From Octopus vulgaris (Eukaryota), in contig OX597839.1 in the NCBI GenBank assembly GCA_951406725.2, positions 22,320,001 through 22,384,000 of the forward strand: a DNA stretch of 64,000 bases. The letters are read 5' to 3'. Position 1 is the first letter of the stretch. Each line of letters opens with the position of its first letter. A program made the position numbers and the translations under genes. The notes below the pieces were generated by a model that saw only the letters and a list, made by a program, of their open reading frames with translations, was not told the DNA's origin and ran no database searches. Shown piece by piece: positions 25,823 through 40,079 of the stretch.

Positions 25823-26633
25823 GCGCCACCAATCTTTTAAAAACTTCTCACTCCTCCTCCTCCTCCACCTACATCCACACCGTAAAAAGCAACAAACTCC
25901 AGTGAAGCAGCAACAATCCATTTGATGTGTACCTTGGTAGGGGTGGTGGGCAGGGATGGAGATAAACAATATTGTGCTGGCAGTGGCAGTGGTGGTGGGA
26001 AGCATGGTACACTTTGGTGGTTGTGACGGTGGAGGATTTGTGTGTGTGTATATGTGTGGGTGGATGTTTACTTCTTTGCTAGAATCTTCCCCTTACTTTG
26101 TCTTCAGAATGGTTTTGGAGCAAGGAATGGTTAACTAAAGCAACAGCTAAATATTCTTACAGGAACCAATGGCTTTGAGAAAACAACAAATAAAAAGAAG
26201 AGAGAGGATAAAAAAAAAAACCAAACAAATAAAAATAAAAACAATATGAAGAAGATGGAGGCGAATTTCTGGAGGAAATTGGGTGATAAAATTCAGAAAG
26301 CAATCATTTATGAATTTATAATTGGTTCGTTATTGCGTTTGATTAATTCAAAGAGGCGTAAAAGAGAAGCGTGAGTTGGGGAGTTTTGACTTAATTACAA
26401 ACTGATCTATTAACCAATGACTGATCAATCGCTCAGAAGGGGATCACTGGTCTGACGAAACACACACATACGAGTATACAGGTGTGTATATATACATGCA
26501 CAGGTGTATATACACAATCACAAACACACACATTTGTTCATATACCATACACTAATATATAGAATCTTGTGCACACACACACACACACACACACTCTCTT
26601 TCTCCCTCTCTCTATCTTTCTCTCTCTCTTTCT

Positions 26634-26681
<48 letters not shown>

Positions 26682-26738
26682 TTTGTTCATATATCATGCA
26701 CCAATATAGAGAATCTCATGCACACACACACACACACA

Positions 26739-26781
<43 letters not shown>

Positions 26782-27202
26782 CTACACACACACACACACA
26801 CACACACACTTTTTATATATATATATGCATAGACATATGTTCATATACACATATGTCAGAAATATACAAACCGATATATCCGTTGTAAAACTTTGAACAG
26901 GAATATTTCTTACAAAAATATTTACTATGAATTTTATTGAAGCCAATTAAACTGAACAAGTACACACACACACACACACACACATACATACATATATATA
27001 TATATATACACAAACACACATACATACATATATATACATATATATACATACATACATATATATATGCCTTCGTCTTTCATATATATATATATAAATTTAA
27101 AATTAAGGATAAAATCTTTATAAGAAATTATCAGTAGTTAGCGTAAAAAACCTCGTAAGAGAAAAAAATCTGTAAATTTTTCCACTTTGAAAATATTTAT
27201 TT

Positions 27203-27549
27203 ATATTATATAGAGGGTACTATTATTCATAGGTACCGCACGCTAGGAGGGACCTTTGCAGTCAAAACTACTAAAATAAACAAATTTTACCGAATGCAAA
27301 ACTTCAAAGCAAGTCATTTAAAAACAGAATTTAGTTACATATCACCTGTGATTTCACAATCAATGCAGAATATTCTGCATATTCTGCATTGATTGCGAAA
27401 TCACAGGTGATATGTAACTAAATTCTGTTTTTAAATGACTTGCTTTGAAGTTTTGCATTCGGTAAAATTTGTTTATTTTAGTAGTTTTGACTGCAAAGGT
27501 CCCTCCTAGCGTGCGGTACCTATGAATAATAGTACCCTCTATATAATAT
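27203..27549. repeat. Near-perfect palindrome, ~171-bp arms, 5-nt loop
   Basis: Arms are reverse complements with one visible mismatch. Confidence 0.95.
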
Positions 27550-27551
27550 GA

Positions 27552-27625
<74 letters not shown>

Positions 27626-27845
27626 ATATATTCTTTTATTCTTTTCCTTCTTTCAGTCATTTGACTGTGGCCACGCTGGAGCACCACTTTTAGTCGAACA
27701 AATCAACCCCAGGACTTATTCTTTCTAAGCCTAGTACTTACTCCATCGGTCTCTTTTGCCAAACCACTAAGTTACACTGACGTAAACACACCAAGATTGG
27801 TTGTCGAGTGATGGTGGCAGGGACAAACACAGACAAACAAACATA

Positions 27846-27892
<47 letters not shown>

Positions 27893-28728
27893 CGGCGTCC
27901 GTACCCTCTTTGGCCTTATGTAAGTACATATTCCTTTAAAATTTGGTACGACTCTATAACACTGTCTCTCTCTCTCCTACATTTCTCTGCCTTTCACACT
28001 TTGCACTTTACTTTGATCTCTCTCTCTCTCTCTCTCTCTACTTCTCCTCCTCCTTTTCTCTTTTCTTGCCTCTGATTCTTTGGTCTCCTCTTCCCCCACT
28101 CTCTCACATTTCTCTGTCTTTCTCACTTTGCACCTCACTGATTCTGTCGCCAAGCCAATCCTTACCACGCTCTCTTTCTTCTCCCCTCTTTAATTCCTTC
28201 TTTCTCTCTCTTCTCCCCCCTTTGTTGCCTTCGTCCCTCTTTTTCTCTCTCTCTCTTTGATTCCTTTGCCCCCTTTCTTTTCTCTCTCTTCTCTCACGTG
28301 ACCGCTGGTCAACCAGCCTTTCGGCTTCTAACCAGCGCCATGAGAAGATCGCTGTCTTCGTCTGCCGAAAAAGGCATTTTTTCCAACTACGCCAGCTAAA
28401 CTAAGTTGTACTGTTTATTAGTCGTAAGATACCCGCTGCTTTTGTCCTGTTTTTACCATTATTGTTTTTTGTATTTTATATTCGTGTAACATCATCCGTT
28501 TTTCTGTCCCTGTTTCGTATACATTCGATCCTTTTTCCAAGAAATCTAATGCTCGTAGCTTAGTTTTTCCTTGGGGCTGGCTGGATCGGAGCGATCTCAA
28601 GATTAATCAGCCGAAATTGCTACGATGATCCGGTTCTTGACTGAAGATTGAAGGCTTCGAATGTCCCGTCCGTGTTTTTTGTATCGTCTTCTAAATGTTT
28701 TACGTTCTTGTCCCAGTTTGTATTTTTC

Positions 28729-28762
<34 letters not shown>

Positions 28763-28763
<1 letters not shown>

Positions 28764-28949
28764 AGTAGACAGATATATTTTTCAATGCACAAATACTGAT
28801 AGAACAGAATATATAGGATAAAATCCTTTTAAAGCAGAACAAATTTGTCAGCAACCAGCCTGCTTACAAATTTTCCTGCTCTAAAACGATTTTATTCCAT
28901 ATATGTGTTCTATGAGTATTTATGCATTGAAAAATATATCTGTCTACTT
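28763..28949. repeat. Imperfect inverted repeat, ~90-bp arms, short loop
   Basis: AAGTAGACAGATATATTTTTCAATGCA... / ...TGCATTGAAAAATATATCTGTCTACTT. Confidence 0.85.
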
Positions 28950-28997
28950 GGACTACATTTCAGCACTTCAAAAATAAACTTACGTTTGTTTACGTAT

Positions 28998-29056
<59 letters not shown>

Positions 29057-29276
29057 ATATATGTATGTATATATACGACAGGTTTCATTCAGTTTCTGTT
29101 GACCAAATCCACTCACAAGGCTTTGGTTGACCTGAGGCTATAGCAGAAGACACCTGCCCAAGGTGCCACGTAGTAGGACTGAACCCCAAACCATGTGGTT
29201 GGGAAGCAAGCTTCTTACCACACACCCATGCCTGCACCTACATGTATATATGTATGTGTATTTATATATACATATG

Positions 29277-29318
<42 letters not shown>

Positions 29319-29370
29319 AACACACATATGTGTGTGTGTGTATATATATATATATATACAAACACACATA

Positions 29371-29413
<43 letters not shown>

Positions 29414-29703
29414 GTGTGTGTATGTACCATCATCATTTAATGTCCATTTTCCATGCTAGCATGGGTTGGACAGTTCGACCGGGGATCTGGGAAGCCAGGA
29501 GGCTGCACCAGGCTCCAATCTGATCTGGCAAGGTTTCTACAGCTGGATGCCTTTCTTAACACCAACCACTCCAAGAGTGTAATGGGTGCATTTCACGTGC
29601 CACCAGCACAGGAGCCAGTCAGGTGGCAATGGCATCAACCATGCTCAAATGCCACCAGCACGGTCTATGTATGAACATTGACACACACAGAGACCCATAA
29701 ATA

Positions 29704-30258
29704 CAGGGTCAGGCAAAATGATCTGACATATTTGTAGGTTAAATAAAAGGCAAATGAAGTAAAGAAACAAAAAAGTGTTTTTATTTTTGAAAAGTACATA
29801 TAATGCCATTTTGTTTCATTATGTTTTAAAAATTAAATCAGTCAAATGGGATCCATTATTGTCCACATACTGTCGAAGGCATTCATGAAAGTTGTCAATA
29901 ACTCAGCGGGTCATTTCATGTGGAATGGCAGTAATTTCTTGACGAATTGCATCTTTAAGTTCTGGCGGTGCGAGGTCGGCCGGTTGATTTTCGTTTCAAT
30001 GCAGATCCAGTAGCTCTGAAGTTGGTAACCCATAACAAGATCGTGTTTCGAGCTGGTACGGGATCATGTCTACCAAGATTGAAGTGCAAACGGAACGCTC
30101 TTTGTGTTGTAGTTACAGAATCGTTTGTTTTGATAAACGTTTCCACAATGAAAGTGCGATGCTCACGAGTCCAATTCATGGCAGCAACTGAAAAAGAAAC
30201 GAAAAACAATGCCTTTTATTTAACCTACAAATGTGTCAGATCATTTTGCCTGACCCTA
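29704..30258 (-). mobile_element. Internally deleted Tc1/mariner element
   Basis: ~50-bp TIRs CAGGGTCAGGCAAAATGATCTGACA.., TA on both sides; N-terminal HTH (MNWTREHRTFIVE...STGRPRTART) joined directly to the C-terminal tail (LKDAIRQEITAIP), catalytic domain absent. Confidence 0.9.
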
Positions 30259-30333
30259 TACATGGATAAAACGTAGCCCACATACAGACATCAGTGTATG
30301 TTTGTATATATTTTTGTGTATTCACCTGCACAA

Positions 30334-30364
<31 letters not shown>

Positions 30365-31514
30365 CACGTGGAGATGCAAAACCACACACACATGCATATC
30401 CATACACGCTCATACACATACAAACACATGCATACAAATACACATACACACATACATGCATGTACATATGTGTGTGTTTGTATGCATGTATGAATGTGTA
30501 TGCATATATATACATACACATAAATACACACAGATACATACATATACATACACACATACATACATACACACACACATGCATACATACATTCATACACACA
30601 TATATAGATACATACATACGTACATATGCACACACAAAATTTTTCGCCTTATTTCCAGGATTCACCCATTGACCTCCCCCTCTAATTACAGTTTTATCCT
30701 TAAATCAACAATATACTAAATCTCACTTCTATATCATGTTTATTGGAGTAAACATCACTTTCTTCCCACAACATTTTTCAAGCTTAGCAGGTACCCCACG
30801 ATGGTACTCAGACGACCCTGACTCCTACACCAAATGAAATATACTTTCATCTAAGGAACCTCTTCCATCACTAACCTCAATTACATCATCATCATCATCA
30901 TCATCGTTTAACGTCCGTTCTCCATGCTAGCATGGGTTGGACGGTTCAACTGGGGTCTGGGAAGCCAGAAGGCTGCACCTGGCCCAGTCTGATCTGGCAA
31001 TGTTTCTACAGCTGGATGCCCTTCCTAACGCCAACCACTCCGTGAGTGTAGTGGGTGCTATATATATATATAAAAGATATATATATATATATATAAAAGA
31101 GAGAGAGAGAGAGAGAAGAGAGAGAGACCGGTTTTCACTTCCTTAAAAATTTGGGACAGAAACCACAACAGCAGCTGCAGTGGTTAATGTAAAATAATAA
31201 GATCCTAATAGTCAATCTTGGGGGATTTCCTGATTGAATTATTCTAATTAGAAATACTGTTCACTGATACGACCTCTTGACATGTCAATGCCTGTTCCGA
31301 AGTACTATCTCCAGTTGGTTTTAATTTAATATATTATGACCCAATGAGGACAATTAGAATTTCAAGACACAAACTCACCCCTTATAGAACAACTTTTTTT
31401 TTTCCTGACCACTCTATATTAATTCTTACTATTATTCTAACACTAGTTATAAATATCACAATTCTACTAATAACAAATAAATGTTGGACACCTTTTTGAT
31501 TTCCATACGTCTAT

Positions 31515-31840
31515 CACCCATGGACATGCTTATAAAATAGACAAGCAACAGCATAGCAACCGTGACTTTTGGAAACATTTTTCTTGCACTCAGAATTGCT
31601 GAAGCATGGAATAAACTATCCACATCAGTTGTTTGCTGTCAGGATACTGCATCCTTCCAAACTCCCGTCCTTCCTGAAATTCACCATCCCTACACCAGAT
31701 TGATCCTCCCACTCGTTTCCATTTTCTTCTAAGCAACTCATTCACTGTTCACTTCCTGTGCATTATTCTATGCACACTTTGTGCACTTTTCAATACCTTT
31801 TCTGATGAGTTGTGGTGCACCTGAGCAGTGTATGCATCAT
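31515..31840 (+). mobile_element. CR1/L2-like LINE 3' end
   Basis: THGHAYKI...LRIAEAWNKLSTSVV, matching the RGH...WNxLP pattern of CR1-group ORF2 ends. Confidence 0.7.
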
Positions 31841-32196
31841 TATTTTCTTATTTTTATTCCACATAAAAAGCATCTTAATTGTTTTTTTAGATTAGATTCA
31901 AGGCAGTTTGCTAGGGATTCTTTTTCAAGAACTTTTCTTCACAGAGTAGACACACACATGTATGGATTGCACAGGGTCTTGCAGATAAACTGAGACCAAC
32001 TTTAAGCAGTTGACTTAGGTGGGTTTAACATTTCATTTTTTGACAAAACCTTGCTTGCTTGAAAACCTAATCCTCCTCTTTATTTTTTTCAGGTAAATAG
32101 CGAACTGATTTCACAACAGAATGTCATGGAACAACAGAACCATTCCACCATTGTTGTTTTGGCATGCGCTGGGCACACTGCCAATAAAATTGTTAA

Positions 32197-32585
32197 CTCT
32201 TTACTCTTTACTCTTTTACTTGTTTCAGTCATTTGACTGCGGCCATGCTGGAGCACCGCCTTTAGTCGAGCAAATCGACCCCGGGACTTATTCTTTGTAA
32301 GCCCAGTACTTATTCTATCGGTCTCTTTTTGCCGAACCGCTGAGTGACGGGGACGTAAACACACCAGCATCGGTAGTCAAGCAATGCTAGGGGGACAAAC
32401 ACACACACATATATATATATATACATATATACGACAGGCTTCTTTCAGTTTCCGTCTACCAAATCCACTCACAAGGCATTGGTCGGCCCGGGGCTATAGC
32501 AGAAGACACTTGCCCAAGATGCCATGCAGTGGGACTGAACCTGGAACCATGAGGTTGGTTGGCAAGCTACTTACCACACAGCCAC
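32197..32585 (-). mobile_element. SINE family A
   Basis: Family match. Confidence 0.9.
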
Positions 32586-33456
32586 TGACAAAACTTCCAA
32601 AAGCAACAGAGTTTATTGTGTGTATAAACAATTAAAAAAAAAAGGGAAGATTAATCAAAAAGAACACAAGATTCAAAGTGATTCCAAGTGTTAACACAAT
32701 CTGCCCCTTTCCACAGTGTTCAGAGCTGTGAACAGGAACCTTGGCATGACTAGCCGTGTTCAAAGCTGTCCCCTAATAGCCAAAGCCAAAGCAATCAGAG
32801 CTGAGAGATACCCAAAACTTCTGTCATTCATCAAGCATCAAGGTACAGAAAAACTCTTGTGATTGTGGATGAGAAGAAGTTCACTGTGGATGCTGAGGTG
32901 AATTAGAGAAATTCTAAAGTGATTGCATACAACCCTTCTGATGTTCCCCCTGTGTTTGAGACTAAGATCCTGCCTCTGTCATGGTATCTGGAGCCGTGGT
33001 GATGATGGAAATGTCATGGATCTACACTTCCTTGAGTCTGGCTCAAAGGAGTATCTGGACTTCCTGAAGAAATTTCTGTTACCTTGGATGAAGCAGAAGT
33101 TTGGCCTTGACAAAGTGGTGCTTATCCAGGATTCTACACCATACCATGGGTCAAAAGCAGCCCAGGCCTTCCTTGGTGAGGTGCCATTTTTTTATGAGGG
33201 CCAACGTCTGGCCCAGTAATAGTCCAGATCTCAACGTTCTCGAGGCATACTTCAAGCAAGGACCAACGCTTCACCAAACGCGAGTGCCAACAGTTTGAAA
33301 ACCTGCATCATGTGTGTGACAGGCAAAATCAAAAAGGCAGAGGTTGTGGCAGCAACAAAAAAGATTCCATTCTCGTGTGGAGGCAGTAATTGCAGAACAA
33401 GAGAAGATGTGTGTAGGTGCAGCCATATTGAGTGACAAATGTTTTTGTATAATAAA

Positions 33457-33837
33457 CTAGCAGTATCACCCGGCGTTGCTCGGGTTTGTAAGGGAAATAA
33501 CTATAAAGCATTTTTAGAGAGTTATAGCCAAAAAATAGCAAAAAAATGGAAAAAAAATTATGGTAAATTTTTTTTTGAGAGTTAAAAGGTCGAGTTGCGT
33601 CCCCTAGACAGTCTGTGGTTTGTGTTTCTGATTCTCGACCCCATGTCGAATTTATCGATTTTTTTCAGAACTGGGGTAACTTTTCAAAATTTTCGCTGCG
33701 TTAGTTTTGAATTATGACATTGGGCTATGATGTGTGTGTGTCAAGTTTCATCAGAATCGGTTGAAAGCCGTGGTCAGGGTGAGGGTACAACCTCACAGAC
33801 ACACAGACAGACAAACTGCCGTTTATATAGAGAGAGA
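33457..33837 (-). mobile_element. Non-autonomous Helitron
   Basis: 5' TC, 3' hairpin CCCG..CGGG then CTAG, inserted between A and T with no TSD; near identical to 55057-55430. Confidence 0.85.
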
Positions 33838-34254
33838 TGTTACATTAAAATTATATTTGTCTACTTCCATTATTTTAGTATTTATAGCCAGTTTTATGCA
33901 TCGTAAAAATAGTCTCAATATATCTGCAAGTCCCTGTACATATATGTATATACGTACACACATACATATAAACATTTATGCACATCCATATGGGTGGTAA
34001 GAAGCTTGCTTCTCAACCACATGGTTCTGGGTTCAGTCCCACTGCATGGCACCTTGGACAAATGACTTCTACAATAGCCTTGGGCTGACCAAAGCCTTGC
34101 GAGTGGATTTGGAAGATGGAAACTGGAAGAAGCCTGTCGTATGTGTGTGAATTGTATATGTATACATGTGTGTACATATAGTCCATTTCATTCTCACATT
34201 GCTGTATGTGTGTGCGTAAAATCTTAAGCATTTGCTCATACTGTATTTATATGA

Positions 34255-34580
34255 TTCAGTGGTTAGAGCGTCGGCTTTACAATCATGAGGTAGTGAGTTC
34301 AATTCCCAACTGGGTTGTGTGTTGTATTCTTGAGTAAGATACTTTATTTCATGTTGCTCCAGTTCACCCATCTGTAGGAATGAGCTGCGATGACACTAGG
34401 GTCAAGCTGTATTGGCCCCTTTGCCTTTCCCTTGGGTAACATCAGTGGTGAGGAGAGGGGAGGGTGGTATGCATGGGTCACTACTGGTCTTCCATAAACA
34501 AACTTGCCCAGACTTGTGCCTCGCAGGGCAAATTTGTCGGTGCAAACCCATGGTCATTCATGACCAAAGGAGGTCTTTAT
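34255..34580 (+). mobile_element. SINE family C variant with a different 3' half; second copy at ~59025-59365
   Basis: tRNA head plus CORE-like segment; 3' GGAGGGGAGG.TGGTATGCATGGG shared with the 59025 copy. Confidence 0.75.
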
Positions 34581-34758
34581 CCTTTAGAGTAAGTGTATGT
34601 CTATGCAGTTATTTTATGTGTGTGATCATTCACACACACACGCACATCTTGTACACACACATACTGACACACACCTACACACACCTTCTCTTGTTCTTCT
34701 GTGATCTTTCCTTTTTCTATTTCATACATACATTCACATGTTTGCATACATCGAAGCA

Positions 34759-34799
<41 letters not shown>

Positions 34800-34989
34800 C
34801 ATATACACACATAAACAACTACATGCACACACATACGCAAGTGCGGATACACTCCCCACACTTATAATTACCCAAATTAACACCTTTCTAATTAAAAATT
34901 CTTAAAGACAGGGAGAACAAATGAAATCGTTTGTCCAAACTCATCTCAAACGAAGATCTTAAGCCCTCAGATGAATATTTGTTTCATCT

Positions 34990-35514
34990 TTATTTTTTAC
35001 TTGTTTGAGACTGTGGCCATGCTGGAGCACTGCCTAGCAGAATTTTTAGTCAAATGAATTGTCCGCAATGCTTTATGTTTAAGCCTTGTACTTATTCTAC
35101 AAGCCCCTTTTGTGAACTGCTAAGTTATGGCTGTCAAGCATTGGCGGGGGGGGGGGGGGGTCACACACACACACATACGACAGGCTTCTTCCAGTTTCCA
35201 TCTTCCAAATCCGCTCGCAAGGCTTTGGTCAGCCCAAGGCTATTGTAGAAGTCATTTGTCCAAGGCGCCATGCAGTGGGACTGAACCCAGAACCATGTGG
35301 TTGAGAAGCAAGCTTCTTACCACCCACCCAACACACACACACATAACACACACGTATATGATGGGCTTCTTTCAGTTTCCGTCTCTCAAATCCACTCACA
35401 AGGCTTTGGTGAGCCTGAGGCTATAGTAGAAGACACCTGCCCAAGGTGCCACACAGTGGGACTGAACCCAGAACCATGTGGTTGGGAAGCAAGGTACTTA
35501 CCAGACAGCGACTT

Positions 35515-35581
<67 letters not shown>

Positions 35582-35757
35582 TACACACACATGTATACAA
35601 TGGGCTTCTTTCAGTTTCCGCCTACCACATCCACTCGCAAGGCTTTGGTTGGCCCGAGGCTATTGTAGAAGACACTTGCCCAAGGTGTCATGCAGTGGGA
35701 CAGAACCCGGAGCCATGTGGCTGGTAAGCAAGCTTCTTACCACACAGCCACTCCTGA
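34990..35757 (-). mobile_element. SINE A with triplicated 5' halves joined through (CA)n
   Basis: Three successive head segments ending near 35326, 35503 and 35757. Confidence 0.8.
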
Positions 35758-35829
35758 CTACAAATATTTGGTCCACAACTCTTAACCCTGATGTCTGCTG
35801 GTGAAATTACAATTTTTACGCTGTTAGAA

Positions 35830-36280
35830 TAATAATAATAGTTTCAAATTAAGGGACAGAGCCAACAATTTTGGGGGTAATTCAATTATGTTGACCCCAG
35901 TATACAATGAGTACTTATTTTATTGACCCCAGAAGGATAAAAAGTAAAGCTGACTTTGGTGGAATTTGAACTCAAAACGTGGAAAGTCAGAAGAAATGCT
36001 ACTAAACATTTTGTCTGTCATGCTAATTATTCTGCCAACTCATTAGCTTAATTATAATAATGGTTTCAAATTTTGGCACAAGGCCAGCAATTCCAGGAAG
36101 GAGAGAAGTCAATTCATCGACCCCAGCACGTAACTGGTACTTATTTTATCAACCTAGAAAGGATGAAAGGTAAAGCTAACCTTTGTGGAATTTGAACTCA
36201 AAACGTAGTGATGGACAAAATACCGCTAAGCATTTTGTCTGGCATGCTAATGATTCTGTCAGCTCACTGTTTTCACCATT

Positions 36281-36327
<47 letters not shown>

Positions 36328-36550
36328 CATAATAATAATAATCCTCTCTACTATAGGCGCAAGACGTGGAATTTGTGGGGAGGGGGCTAGTTGATTACAT
36401 CGACCCCAGTACACAACTGCTACTATGGACCCCAAAAGGATGAAAGGCAATGTCAACCTCAGCGGAATTAGAACTCAGAACGTAGCGGCAGATGAAATAC
36501 TGCTAAGCATTTCACCCGGTGTGACAATGATTCTGCCAGCTCACTGCCTT
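35830..36550 (-). mobile_element. Chain of three SINE B copies
   Basis: Family match, separated by (TAA)n. Confidence 0.8.
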
Positions 36551-36551
36551 C

Positions 36552-37657
36552 ACTAAAATAACCACCATAGGACTGCAAAAATATCTACTTCGGAAGCAAG
36601 GAAAACTGATACAAATAGCAGCAAAACACGAGCAAAACAAAAAACTGTTCTCAGTATTTAAGGAAGCTGACAAATACAAACAAGAAATCATACCACCTAA
36701 CAAATAAGAAGAAGAAGAAGAAGAAGAAGAAACAAAAGCTTTAAAACAAATGAAATCCAAACTAAAACTAGAACAGCAACGGACCATGATAAAACGATGG
36801 CAGGAAAAGCCCCTTCATGGCAAATACTGGACTAAGCTAAATGCAAAAGAAATAGACAAAGAAAAATCCCAACAATAGTTGAGAAGCTCAGGACTCAAAG
36901 CAGAAACAGAAGGATTTTTAATTGCAGCACAAGATCAAAGCTTCCCCACCAGAAATTACCAAAAACATGTAATGAAAAGAAACATAACAAGTAACTGCAG
37001 AATATGTGGAGATGGACAAGAAACAATAAATCATATTATCTCTGGCTGCCCAGTCCTGGCTAAGAAGGAATGTATTCACAGAGATGACAGAGTTGGAACC
37101 TACATACATTGGAAGCTATGCCAACATTATGGAATAATAACAGAAAAAAGATGGTATAAGCACACACCAGAAAAGGTCACAGAAAACGAGAAAGCAACCA
37201 TACTCTGGGATATGCCAACACACACAGATAGAGAAATTAAGGCCAACAGGCCAGATATAGTTGTCAGAGATCATGAAGAAAAAATGCTTTCTAATTGATG
37301 TATCAATACCAGCAGATGACAATGTGTCTCTAAAAGAAATGGAGAAACTTTCAAAATACAAAGACCTGGAAATAGAGGTAATTCAAATGTGGAATCTAAA
37401 AACAGAAACAATTCCTATCATAGTAGATGCATTAGGCATGATAAAAAATTATTCAGACAAATACATAACAAAAACACCAGGACTTACAAACACATATAAC
37501 ATACAGAAAATTGCACTACTAGGCACTGCACACATCCTACGCAAAACACTTTCAATACAGTAACTATCAGAGCATCACAACAAATCACAGAACATACCTA
37601 AGGCACACAGAGCTGCGCTTGGTAGTGAAGTGAAGGCACGCTATAAAAATAAAACTA

Positions 37658-37660
<3 letters not shown>
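36552..37660 (+). mobile_element. 5'-truncated R4/Dong-like retrotransposon, different subfamily
   Basis: KPLHGKY, CCHC finger CRICGDGQETINHIISGC, PDIVV, KLSKY, TAHILRKTL; stops and a frameshift; 3' end runs into (TAA)n. Confidence 0.9.
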
Positions 37661-37688
<28 letters not shown>

Positions 37689-37689
37689 T

Positions 37690-38232
37690 GTAGCACCTGG
37701 CAGTAGCTCTCATGGCTTCTGATCTTAACCGATTGGAAGTGTTATCATGTACACGATTTGTCTTGGTATAAAAGATGGACTACAGCAAATACTCTTCTCA
37801 GTACCACAGATTTGCTTGTCAGTTGTTTGACCATAACCAGTTGAGTATGTCCCTTCATGGCTGACGATATGTGCATCTCTGATCACGAGCAGAAGTAGTG
37901 GGAGAACATCATAGCCGTGTGTTGAGAGGAATTCTTTGGGGTTTGAATAATTTACCTCTGAAAACACAGCTGCTTCATTCATTATCCTTAAACAACTCTT
38001 ATTCAGGGACCATTGAGCAGGATGGGCTACTTGACCTGAAGAATATTCTAACTGGGCCCCACCTTCAAGGTCATGCGCTGTTTATCTTGATATGAGTTAT
38101 CCATGTTGCGCATATATGGTTGTAATGCATGTGCCTGGTGTACCCTTATCAGACGGATTGTCGTGATGGGTAGACTGGGCTTCGTCTATTTGTACCTCAG
38201 TGTTACTTGATGGTATGCTCTGCTCCCTCACT
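37690..38232 (+). mobile_element. Family E element in (TAA)n, diverged copy
   Basis: Colinear with 40078-40632. Confidence 0.8.
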
Positions 38233-38959
38233 TGATAATACTGATAATAATAATAATAATAATAATAATGATAATAATAATGATAATGATGATAATAATG
38301 ATAATAATAATGTGCTTATCCTATACAATGTTCAGGTGCATTACAGTTTATCGATCGTTAATAACACCTCATTTCCATTGATCTCAGGTGTTATTATCAC
38401 GACCTCTTGTTCTAGTTTAACCCTAGGCTATTCTTGATGTGGCTAACTTATAATCAGTCGTTCCATCTGTTGAAACAATTTTCTCTCTTTGAATATCTGT
38501 TACTACTTCATCGATTGTGTCTTTGAATTTCGAAAATGGCAACATGCAGTTTGAAGGAGAGTTAGCTGCTATTTCTAGCAAGTACGCCAACTACATAGAA
38601 GTTCAGCTGTCGGTTTGATCCCTTCCCTTTGGTAATTTACTGACAATTTCTCATTTCTTTTACTGAACGTTTTCATTGATGTTTACAGAGCAACTTCACA
38701 GATTCTTTTTTTAGAAAGTTTTTGCTGAAAGAAATGAAGACAATTCTTATAAAAGCATTTTCTTGTCTTCAGTTTTTGGGTTTTAGAAAAGAATGTCAGG
38801 TGACTGTGCCATGCCATGGAGTGGTGGTGGGGGGGGAAAGGGGTTAGAAATGGTTGGATGGTAATAGTCTTCAGAGCCGAAGACATTAGATATAAGGAAA
38901 AATAAGTGTTGTGAGGTGATGTAGAGGCTGTCATTGGAATGGGACACAAATCATAAAAT

Positions 38960-39185
38960 TCATTTCAAATCAAATTTTGGCACAAGGCCAGCAATTTCAG
39001 AGCGAGGGGATAAATTGATTACATTGACTCCCAGTATTCAACTGGTACTTATAATTTTGACCCCAGAAGGGTAAAAGGCAAAGTTGACCTTGGTGGAGTT
39101 TGAACTCAGAATGTAAAGACAGAGACGAAATGCTGCTAAGCATTATGCCTGGCAGGCTAACGCTTCTGCCAGCTTGCCACCTTCA

Positions 39186-39225
<40 letters not shown>

Positions 39226-39443
39226 TTTCAAATTTTTGCCACAAGGGCAGCTTGGGGGAGGGGATTAAGTCGATTACATTGACCCTAGTACATAACTGGT
39301 ACTTATTTAATTGACCCCCCCAAAAGGATGAAAGGCAAAGTTGATCGTGGCAGAATCTGAACTCAGAATTTAGCGGCAGACGAAATACTGCTAAGCATTT
39401 CACCCACCTTCCTAACGATTCTGCCAACTCACTGCCTTTAACG

Positions 39444-39483
<40 letters not shown>

Positions 39484-39533
39484 TAATAATAATAATAATG
39501 ATAATAATAATAATAATAATGATAATAATAATA

Positions 39534-39598
<65 letters not shown>

Positions 39599-39626
39599 GA
39601 TGATAATAACAACAATAACAATGATG

Positions 39627-39667
<41 letters not shown>

Positions 39668-39900
39668 AATAATCCTTTCAACTAAAGCCACAAGGGCTGG
39701 AATTTCGGGGAAGGGGCCTAGTCGATTACATGGACTCCAGTTTTTCACTGGTACTTAATTTATTGACCCCTCACCCCCAAAAAAGGATGAAAGGCAAGGT
39801 TGACCTCAATGGAATTTTAATTCAGAACGTAGCAATGAGCGAAATACCACTAAGCATTTTGTTCAGCACGCTATTGATTCTGTCAGCTCGCTACCATTAA
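38960..39900 (-). mobile_element. Chain of SINE B copies with a ~230-bp (TAA)n tract (39444-39672)
   Basis: Family match; direct inspection. Confidence 0.8.
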
Positions 39901-39979
39901 TATTAATAATAATAATAATAAGAACAACAACAACAATAACAATAATAATAATAATAATAATAATAATGATAATAACAAC

Positions 39980-40029
<50 letters not shown>

Positions 40030-40034
40030 TGATG

Positions 40035-40077
<43 letters not shown>

Positions 40078-40079
<2 letters not shown>

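Larger units (their letters stand above)
31972..33936 (+). mobile_element. Decayed Tc1/mariner (maT-like) transposon carrying nested SINE A and Helitron
   Basis: TIRs CAGGGTCTTGCAGATA..TGAGAC / GTCTCA..TATCTGCAAGTCCCTG; motifs VDEKKFTVD, LIQDSTPYH, WPSNSPDLN with stops and frameshifts. Confidence 0.85.
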
